43,489 bases of DNA from Fistulifera solaris. Lineage: Eukaryota. Made by a program: the position numbers and the translations under genes. Below, one piece after another: positions 34,616-43,489 of the stretch. Every line of letters begins with the position of its first letter. Position 1 is the stretch's first letter. The notes beneath the pieces were generated by a model. It did no database searches. It saw only the letters and a list, made by a program, of their open reading frames with translations, and was not told where the DNA came from. The stretch spans positions 434,001-477,489 of the forward strand of contig AP026158.1 of NCBI GenBank assembly GCA_030295235.1, written 5' to 3'.

Positions 34616-36251
34616 CTAGCACGCGAACGTCTGTCTCAGCCTATGAGCGTCACGCGACCTTATTCGCGATAATGCCATCTCTTTGATGTGGCTGCGCTCC
34701 AAAGAATATGGCAGAGGGCTATCTGGTGAAACAACGGTCCTCGTGAAGAGAATCGGTGGTACTGCTTCAATTCGTGGCTGGGGTAGCTCACCGTACTTTC
34801 CAGTCATTACTGATGACAGTTCTGCTAAGTTTTGGCTTGAACGACTTGAACTAATTCCAGGTGAGCGTTTATGAGCGTTTCTTGTACTCCTTGTTGCCTC
34901 TGAAGCACTTCGATCTGACGTGTTCGCTTTCGTAAGGAATGCAGGTAATCGCGACAAAACAGAGTTCAAACGGTTTGTTGTGTCGACAGTCCTTGGTGGT
35001 GAAGAAGGTTTATCGAACCGATTTGAGTTCCAGGTGACATCTTCATCAAACGGACATTGCATAAGCGATCGACTTGTTGGAGATATAGGAACTCTGGTAG
35101 CGACATCCCGTTTAGTCTCTTTGCGCAAGTCTTCATCACTTGGACACGTTTGTAGCACCTGCGTAGTCCGCAGCAGCAAATCATGAGCATATGAAGCGTT
35201 CCCAGCAAGTGCTGTTGTCGCCTGAGATGAAGGTGGTGACTGCAGCGTTTGATCTTTGTTTGTATTTTCTTGACTCGGCGAAGAGAGATAGTCTTGGCCC
35301 TCTGCACTAACGCGGGTGCCATCACCTTCTGTAAGCTGATCTGCTTCGTCATTAAAAACCATATGACTTGGTTTCACTGTAAAGTAAAAGTCCGGCGGGA
35401 GAGAAACCGCATTGCCAGATATTCCATGGAGGATGCGCCCGCACTGCGATTTTTCGTGAGCTTCGAGCACTTGCGACTTCTCATCAAAATCATCGCTAAT
35501 TTTGATTCTTTGAATCGTTTCAAACACAACGTCATCTTCATTGCTCTCTTCCTCTTGTATCGGGTCCCATTTGTCTTCTTCAAGAAAGCGATTCTGTTGC
35601 CGTTTCTCCATGATTGCTCGAAACTGCTGTATTTGTCGGTTGGCATCTTCTAAATCAATCGATTGCGAATCATTGTCGGAGTCATCTGAGCTAATACATC
35701 GAAGTTCGTCGCCTTTTTCTTCCCCTTCGCGATACGGAGACACCGGAGCAGGCCGGTAGTTCTGAAAACCGAACGCCCCAGTGAATTGTTTCGTATCAGT
35801 GTAACCTATGAATTCGGAATGAACCTCATTCGGAGAGTAAGTCGTAAAGTCATACCTTAAAAGACCCTTTCTGTCTTTGCTGTATGAGTAATAATCATCA
35901 ACTTGTCCACCATTTCGATCAGTTGACTTTTTTTCTATAATGTAATTCATCAGGGGTGCGCAAATCGAGATCGGGTGACTCTTGCGAAAACTTGTTCATT
36001 TTGCGCGTCTTTTCCGATAAATAAGAGCTATAACAGTCATACGCAGGAAAATGAAAACGTGATGAGGACTGTTGCGAATCGAAATGAGGGGAAGAACAGT
36101 TGAGAAGGTCCATCGCTTCCGACCACTTTTGACTCATTCGATGAAGACCATTATTCATTACTTCTCCGCTGTTTCTAGCTCGGGAAATCAGATCGGAAGG
36201 GAAATACCGATCTATGGTGTTGCCTGTATTTTTGGCAGTAGTGCTGTACAT
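34616..36251 (-). CDS. Hypothetical low-complexity protein (probably one gene split by a frameshift near 35930)
   Basis: ORFs 36251-35919 and 35950-34616 overlap; removing one base from the A7 run near 35928-35934 joins them. Confidence 0.65.
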
Positions 36252-36588
36252 ATTTTAACTACAAATAGGAGAAAAGTCACTTCCTACCAGGAAAGCTTTG
36301 TCTTTTGCCGTCGTCTCATTTTTATATGTTTTGTGCTTCGCGGTTTTCGCCACACAAAAACGGTCGCACGAAAATTTATCTGGAAATTGGTCGAGTGCGC
36401 GCGCATGCCCGCGCAACGGAAATTCCCTTGTCGTCTCTGAACAAAATTTGAAATTCCAACGCTTTGTGCTAAGGCGGGGCCTCTAGAAAATCACTTTACA
36501 AAGGCCTAAAGGAGGCATAGTTTAATAAAAGTTCCCTTAGAACTCAACCAGCTTTTGTTTTAGACCAGTCGACGACCTCAAATACTCT

Positions 36589-37633
36589 TTAGGTGATTGA
36601 GGGCGGGCGTGGAGGCTTTTCTCCGAATGATGTTCGCCGTGGAAATCGAGCATCTCTCTTCAAACTCTGAGCATGCAAGGATGAGTCCTCAATGAAAGCT
36701 ACATGATGGCCCTGGAGCAAAAGAGTCTCAACACCAATATCTTGTACCTCATTATCGTCGTCGGGCTCACGGGTCTGCAGCGAAACGACTCTTAAAAAAT
36801 CTTTCACACTTGCGATTTGTTGTTTGGCTTCTTGCAAAAGATTCCACTCATCGACGTAGCTAACATCAGCCCTATCTGATCTCGTTGGCGACTGGACGCT
36901 ACGCTGGGGCTTATGCCAAACACCGGAAACAGGAGTAATCAATTTCCGGGTCTCTATAATTTCGTTGTATTGATATTCTTCCCTGCTTACAAAGTCACAA
37001 TCAGCGCTGACAAAATCAAGTCCTTGTAGATTGTCGCTGTTTCGCCGCATATGGAGTGATATCCCTTGCTGTTGTAATTGACGTCCAGGCAACTCGTCCA
37101 ATACGGGTAACAGTATGCGATTGGTTGCCTCTTTCGATCGAGAAGGCAAGCCTTTCTCTTTCAGCGACTCGTGAGATCGAGAACTACCAAAGACATCGCG
37201 GATAAACTCAATGTGCTCCTCCGGTGTCACAACTTTTGTCGTTGGCGGATCATAATCGTTGATTCTTAGCTGCGATGACATTTCTTTCTTTTGTGCGACC
37301 GGTGGCGTCATAAACTGACGCTCGAATGAATGAAATTGAGGAGGACTTGCTCTGTGACGACTTTCGTGGGCTTTGTTTGCTTTCAGGGAAGGAGAAGTAG
37401 ATTGGCGATGCTCTTGTTGCAGAGATGACGACGAAGTCGATACGGTTCGTGGCGAAAGAAGGCGATTGTCACTTGGCACTCGACTTTCGAAGCGCGAAAA
37501 GATCATTCCAGGATTTCTCCTCGGTCGGTACAGAGCATTTGAGTAATTTTAAGGAGTGTATCCACGTTCGACGTTGCGTTTCGGCAAGCTCGTTAGAAGA
37601 GCGATCGCCCGTGATGTTGTTTTTCGTAGCCAT
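36589..37633 (-). CDS. Hypothetical low-complexity protein (start uncertain: 37633 with frameshift, or 37506)
   Basis: 305 aa ORF 37506-36589, overlapped by a 54 aa ATG ORF 37633-37469 in another frame. Confidence 0.6.
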
Positions 37634-38323
37634 GAACGTCGAATAGATTGCACATCATGAAGACTCCAGCCTGATAATATCAAGTGGCTGGAATAGTGTG
37701 CGATTGATGATTGAAGGTGAAAGAATGTACGGTAATTTTTATGATGTGAATTTTTCTTTCTTTCGTTTTCTCCCCAATTTTGTGAGGCGAAAAGAGCAAA
37801 CGAAACCTTGCATGCGCGCAAAGTCACTACTTTGTATACCAGGTACGTAGTATTAACAACTAGGAAAAGTAATACGGAGTACTATAAAATGACCAGTTTT
37901 AAAAGGTATAGGCCAGATTGTTGTTCGTTTTTTAATGTGACTGGATATTAGTCACGATGTATGTGTTCTGTCGCGCGAGGAATGACAAATAAATTTTACT
38001 CCGTATTTGTCAGTTGCCAACCGCTTTTTTGTGGACGCCCTTTCCAAAATGGCAAAGCGTAAAAGCTTACATTGCAATCCACTACAAAGTATGCTACTAT
38101 AAATAAAAATTGAAACTTTCTTATCTTACCTGTAAAATCGAACAAAAATAAGGAAGTCGAAAACAAGCCTTTCTCCGATCAATATAATAACATCGTTTAC
38201 ATAACGTTGGAATATTACCTTCTAGAGCTTGAAAGTGAACCCAAAATACTATCACATCTATGTGTAGGCGACCTTTCGACACGACTGGATTTTTAGTAAC
38301 GAGTGTGAAAGGCTTCACAGCTA

Positions 38324-38339
38324 GATCGATCGATCGATC
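38324..38339. repeat. (GATC)4 microsatellite
   Basis: GATCGATCGATCGATC in intergenic DNA. Confidence 0.9.
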
Positions 38340-38475
38340 GAACTATTGTCCTCGCCCAACTTATCAAACATGTGAGCACCAAAGCATTCAATTTTTGAAA
38401 TTTACTTTGTGAATGTTTACTATACAAGCGAGATCAAAGGGTCGCCAATGAAAGAAGGTTGGCTTCATTCTGACG

Positions 38476-39712
38476 CTATCGTTGTCTCTGGTCCTGACTT
38501 CGGATGCGATCTCCAAAAGAATCCCTTTGCTTTATCGCAAGATTGTCCATGTTTCCTCTCGCATTTGCGTGAGCTTGCGACCAACGCCTCACCCTTTCAG
38601 CAACCGAAACCGATCCAACAGTACAGCTTAGCGGAGGCAATTTGGGTACTGGATCGGCCGACAACGAAAGACATTGTGTCCGCGTTGGATGTTGACGACG
38701 ATTGTTTCTTTGTCGTATTCACATTAGAAGTGCAATGCATTGTTTGATTACTTGCAACCACAGAAAGACCCACATGGCTTCTTGTTTCGTCGGTAAGGCC
38801 TTTTGTTGCATCCATTGTCATAAGTCCGTCTTTCAGGAAAACACGACGAATCGCTGGTGGGCTCGGACAATAATCCCTATCGGTAAACCCACCCTCCTTT
38901 ACAGATAAATGAGTTGTTTCGACGATGATTCTTTGCTCGTTTTGATCCACATTCAATTCCTCCATCATCTGTGTATCGAGACCCACTTCAACCAAACTGC
39001 CCGTTTCATTTTGGTCGTTGTACTCCAAATTTTCATCGAGCAGCTCAGTGATTGTATCTTCGTCACGAGTTCTATCCGGGTTGCTCTCTTCAGATTGCAT
39101 CGAATCATCACTTTGTACGATAATATTCTCGTCTTCCCGTGTATCTTCGGCATGGTATCCATCTTTCTTTTCCAGACTGAGCAAAAGCAATTTGGCGCTC
39201 AGTATGAACTTACGAGCTTCTCGGAGGGTCTCCTGGTCAATATCCGACCCAGTTTCGGATGGAGTGGGAGATGCACGGCTTGATTCGTCCTTGCCAAAAT
39301 CAGGTGTGGCTACGACATCGCGACATTCGTCCGAGCACATGACTTCGTTCGGAATTCCTTTGGATCTGCGGCTTTTGTCCGATCGAACTGATTCATGTGA
39401 AGTCGTCATCCATCTACCGCGACTTCTCACCATGCCATCGGACCAGATTTCCGAACCAAAGGAGACTGTCTTTTTGACTTTTTCGTCTTTTTTAAAGGTC
39501 GAAGAGTTTGCATCGCGGTTGGAGTTGACCGATTCCGTTGCTTCCGTTATATCGCGTCCAGATGTGGGATTTGGTGATTTAGGATCAGGAAGATGACTGT
39601 AATAATCCAAATTCATGACGCGCTTCGATAGCGTATGCGCACCATTGACACAATTGAGACGTTTGATGTTTCGTAGCCAGGAAGACGATTGTGTTTCGGT
39701 AGTGGCGGTCAT
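38476..39712 (-). CDS. Hypothetical acidic low-complexity protein (probable frameshift near 38670)
   Basis: ATG at 39712 within the ORF ending at 38597; overlapping ORF 38664-38476 (PVPKLPPL...SVAERVRRW) looks like the true C-terminus. Confidence 0.65.
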
Positions 39713-40191
39713 TTCTTTTTTGTTTGTCAAGTCGTTACAGAGACGTCAGCTTTCGCAAACAAAAAAAGCAAGAAAAGCAAGCAAATACTTCTTCAATGAA
39801 ATAGTGATAGGGGGGAAAGTTGGAAATAAAATGGTTCGATAGGAGTTTTGTGGGTGGATGTTTTCTCGAAAAGAATCAAATGGCGAGGTGGGAGTACATG
39901 AAAGTAGATAGTGGTTTTCGTTGCCAGGATTAATTAGGGTATATTAGCCGTTGATGACTTGCTCCAGTATCGCTATTTCGATAGTTCTGTAAAATTACTT
40001 AGGGTGGAGAAACGGGAACGTAATGTTAATTAGTAGTATTGGGTGGCGGTCCGCGATCCGCGATGTTGATTTGCACGCTTTTTCTTTTGGCCTCAACACG
40101 ACGATGACGATCCTCAAACGTTCATGTTTCATGTTTCATTCGATTGTGTTGCATCCTGTCATCATATCTTTACCATTCTACATAAAAAACC

Positions 40192-41890
40192 ATGAGATAC
40201 GATTTAGAATTCTTTGTATGTTGTTGCCGTTCCTTTTTAGGACCTCCGAATTCGGGAAACGGCGATTATTACGAATTGTTGGGCATCGATGGGAGCGCGT
40301 CGCCTGACGAAATCAAACGGGCCTACAAAAAACAATCGTTGCAGCTTCATCCCGACAAATTAGCGCAACGCGGTGTTACAATAACACCCGAATTACAAGC
40401 ACAATTTACTCGTATGAAAGAAGCGTACGAAACGCTCAGTGATCCTTACAAACGCGAAACGTACGATGCGATCGGAGAACGAGGACTCAAATGGACAGAA
40501 GAACCGTTCAGTATCGATCCGCAAGAATTAGCGCACAACTTTGCGACAAGCAGTGTTTACGATCGAATGAAGATATTTTTGATTTTTGTGCTCGCAGCAG
40601 TGGCCGTTTTAATACTACCAATTCTAATCTGCTGGCATGTTGATCATGGTGATCGAGGATTGTGGTTGGCGACGCTTATTCCTTTGTGGCTTTGGAATGG
40701 GCTTATTATTTTTTATTATTCGCGCTTGATTCTTCTGGGACCGATCACAAGACCTGATTCGATCCCGGAAGCCGAGTGGTCGATCCGTTTCCGATGGAGA
40801 AACGAATCATGTCGCTTGTCAATCATTTGCTGCTAGTGGCGTTCGAATTTCTCATTGCTCTTAAAGTGGATAATTTGATTGCTGCGCCATGGTCTGTACT
40901 CTTTTCCCCTGTTATCGTATTTGAGATGCTTCATTTAATCAAGAAGTGGCCATTGGCAAGAATGAGGGTGGTCACAGTAGCCGATTTGGAAACTGCTCTT
41001 GGAAAGCCGTTCGCACAATTCACTGTCTTGGAGAAAGAGTTGATTGCGAAGCGATACTCGGTAGTTTCAAGTACGGACTGTCCGGAATATGAACTGGCGA
41101 ACAAATTAAGAGCAAAAGCACGCCACGACATTGTCAAATCCTTGTGTCGGCTTCTCTTTATGGCTCTGTTGTTGTATCAACTGGATGTCGTGAACAGTAA
41201 CGCAAATTGGTGGTTCATTTTACGCCATTTTGGTTCATGGCTGCGGCCATGTGTTATTCGAACTATCAAGCGTTTGATGCGGTGCAGCGCTTTGCTATGG
41301 AACGCGATCCGACTCTCTTTGGAATGGCAAGCGAGGATCCTGTGATGCAGTACGGCACGATGCAAGATGAGGAGAATCAAAATACTGCTACTTTGCCACT
41401 GACAGAGCAAGAGAAAGAAGAGCTGAAAGCAAAGATCTTGCAATCAACGGGTAAACTCGTAGCAACGTGCTGCTCGCAATGTTTCGTTCTGGTACTAGTT
41501 TTGCTCTTTGTCGGAAAACTTCAAGGCGCTGGTTATAGCAGTTTCTGGATCATCAGTCCTTTCCTATTGTTTGCAACATTCACTTTGTGTTGCCTGGGAT
41601 TTGCGATCTTTGGTGTGACGGAAGTATCTACCGATGGTGTTGACTTTGACATGGCGTACAGTTACATGCAGGATAATGAATCAACACAACAACAAACTGT
41701 CTACGTTCCGACGCCTTCGGAAACTATCATAGTGACTCCTACAGCGACAACTACGGTAGCGGAGTCGTCGACGGCGATACGCTTAGCCATTATACCTGAT
41801 TCGGCTGCTGTTGTTCCTGACACGGATGCAACTCCTTTAATTGAAAAGCACCACTCGAAGTCGCAAGATGAAATTCAGGGTTTAGACTAG
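40192..41890 (+). CDS. DnaJ-domain multi-pass membrane protein (J domain + TMEM185-like region)
   Basis: J domain DYYELLGI...IKRAYKKQSLQLHPDK...AYETLSDPYKRETYD; repeated TM motifs WLATLIPLW, WSVLFSPV, WWFIFTPFW and FWIISPF; frameshifts near 40778 and 41219. Confidence 0.88.
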
Positions 41891-42083
41891 CAGCTGTATA
41901 TCTATTTTACTCTGATGTTTTCAACATGTTTTTATTGTATACTTCCATCATAAAAAGATTCAATCTTTTTCAGAGCCGCACTCTAATTAGTAGTGCTATA
42001 GTGGATCACCATTGGAATTTCCTGAAATTAAGAGATATTAATCCCCAATTGTTCTCTGGCGTGTACTTACGCCTGAAGGCTAC

Positions 42084-42914
42084 CTAGCGTAAATAAAGCT
42101 GAAGCACTTGGCGATCCATAGTAAGACCACGGGTTTTGCACGCATGGTCAACTTCGAAACTTAGTAAAGACGCTGTTTTCATCAACAGTGTATCGTCCGC
42201 AGCCAACTGACTTAGATGCATTCGCGCTTGCCACTTCCAATACGGGACAAATAGCTTCGAAGATTGTTGATTGTGGCTGGAAAGAACGAAAAACATCCAG
42301 CAGCCAAAGCGACTTGTTTCCAGTACTCGGGCGGATGCTCTATATTGTGTAAAAAAATTGACGACATCCACTTCGTGCAAATTGTTATTTTGAAAGAAAC
42401 GCTGCATCTCATCTGGATATTGGCTCCACCAGTAGTCACAAACCGCTTTTCGACTCGAATTTCTGGTTGCTAGCGCAATCGTTGTAAAATATTCGAGTTC
42501 GTAGTCATTCAGAAATGTCTCGTCAACATTTGTCGAGGAAAGGCAAATGCTAAAAAAAGACGGAATGTAGCCAATCAACGGAAGCATACAAGCACCCGCC
42601 AAAGGAATGATCCAAGCTAGTTCTCTCCTCATTCGTTGTTGTTTCCATTGTACCCCTACGGGCGGCCCAGTCGACGTCGTCCATTGATTCCGAGGAGTCT
42701 TTAGGGCATCTCGTGTTAAAAAATAAATTCGTACATCGCGAGCAATATTATCAAACGCTTTCGAAAAATATTGAAACCGCTGCACGATTGTCATGAGTTT
42801 CGGTTCTTGGACGACAGCCGCTGTTGCGTCGTTGTTTTCGCATTTCCTACTTGTCGACGATGCATGTCGTAAATAAGTGAAAGCTTTTGATTGAACGCTT
42901 TTCACACGCTTCAA
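42084..42914 (-). CDS. LETM1-domain (LETMD1-like) protein, start unresolved, with compensating frameshifts
   Basis: QQRMRRELAWIIP...LPLIGY; an alternative frame at ~42550-42510 reads LAFAFPRQMLTRHF; C-terminal HLSQLAADDTLL...ACKTRGL, typical of LETM1-like domains. Confidence 0.65.
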   Translation of the reverse strand: MKRVKSVQSKAFTYLRHASSTSRKCENNDATAAVVQEPKLMTIVQRFQYFSKAFDNIARDVRIYFLTRDALKTPRNQWTTSTGPPVGVQWKQQRMRRELAWIIPLAGACMLPLIGYIPSFFSICLSSTNVDETFLNDYELEYFTTIALATRNSSRKAVCDYWWSQYPDEMQRFFQNNNLHEVDVVNFFTQYRASARVLETSRFGCWMFFVLSSHNQQSSKLFVPYWKWQARMHLSQLAADDTLLMKTASLLSFEVDHACKTRGLTMDRQVLQLYLR

Positions 42915-43077
42915 TGATTAGTTGTCCTATCGAAATTGGTAAGACGTATTTGATGTTGATTGAAATGAAACGAATTCATTGATAGGACAATACAAAGGAG
43001 CATGCGAATGCGGAAATTGTTTTGCAGTTGTTAATTATGGAGGCAACCGCTCCATGCTGGTGGACCTTTTTGGACCG

Positions 43078-43113
43078 TTAGGGTTAGGTATAGGGTTAGG
43101 GTTAGGGTTAGGG
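43078..43113 (+). repeat. Interstitial telomeric tract (6 units, 2 variant)
   Basis: TTAGGG TTAGGT ATAGGG TTAGGG TTAGGG TTAGGG. Confidence 0.95.
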
Positions 43114-43454
43114 TGGAAAAAAGCAGCTATAGGAAGAAATTAAGCTAGAACTACGAAAACCAGCCTGATGAGACATGTAGGGTGATGGGGAGGATGCAAT
43201 GAGAATGATGCGACCAGGAATACAAGTGGCAGGTTGCACAAGAGAAGAATGGACTCCAGATGGGAGAGCAGCAGGTCTAATAGAGCAAAAGACCTGAGCC
43301 ATCCCAGGTGGGTCTATCGCGCGGAGGGGCTCCATCCCTCGGCGCGCGCAGCAACATGCTGACAGACCGGACCAGTGAGATACTCAGGCGCGATCGTACA
43401 AATCCACACACGGTAGAATACGATCGCCCCCACTTTTTGGACAGGCGGCGACCG

Positions 43455-43489
43455 TTAGGGTTAGGGTTAGGGTTAGGGTTAGGGTTAGG
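43455..43489 (+). repeat. Terminal telomeric repeat (TTAGGG)n
   Basis: Five perfect TTAGGG units plus TTAGG running to the window end, G-rich strand 5'->3' outward. Confidence 0.95.

Noticed and set aside
42922..42990. 10 bp inverted repeat TTGTCCTATC/GATAGGACAA as MITE ends
   Set aside because: Only 69 bp span, no target-site duplication and no second copy seen in the window.
43151..43180. Possible hammerhead ribozyme (CTAC-GAAA...CTGATGA...GTAG)
   Set aside because: Only about 6 nt lie between GAAA and CTGATGA, leaving no room for stems I/III and the cleavage triplet, and no stem II + GAAA follows CTGATGA.
43108..43335. 75 aa minus-strand ORF in the telomeric insert
   Set aside because: No recognisable domain; it runs into the telomeric repeat.
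43311..43372. HDV-like ribozyme, prompted by GCAACATGCT
   Set aside because: I could not build the nested double pseudoknot (P1/P1.1/P2/P3); the short match is probably chance.

Overview
This window is eukaryotic nuclear DNA, most likely from a diatom (stramenopile). The evidence is short GT-AG introns, diatom-type HSF and CxHC-repeat proteins, and a bacterial-like hybrid histidine kinase. It appears to be the last ~43 kb of a chromosome arm, ending in (TTAGGG)n. About 19 genes can be supported: a GFAT-like amidotransferase cut by the window start, three small RVxF-motif proteins, an ABC1/ADCK kinase, an HSF, two tandem MFS transporters, a TPX2-like protein, a hybrid histidine kinase, a BRWD/PHIP-like WD40-bromodomain protein, a lipoyl domain + KGD4/MRPS36-like fusion, a triple CxHC-repeat protein, four co-oriented low-complexity orphans, a DnaJ-TMEM185-like protein and a LETM1-like gene. 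Many genes carry single-base indels in homopolymers, most likely long-read assembly errors. The most interesting signals are the lipoyl-KGD4 fusion, a structured ~340 bp insert between two telomeric tracts that share a junction motif, the GFAT-like gene with a targeting leader and Ser at the catalytic Cys position, the RVxF family, and strongly enriched intergenic TAC-N3-GTA words. All family assignments come from motif recognition by eye, not database searches.
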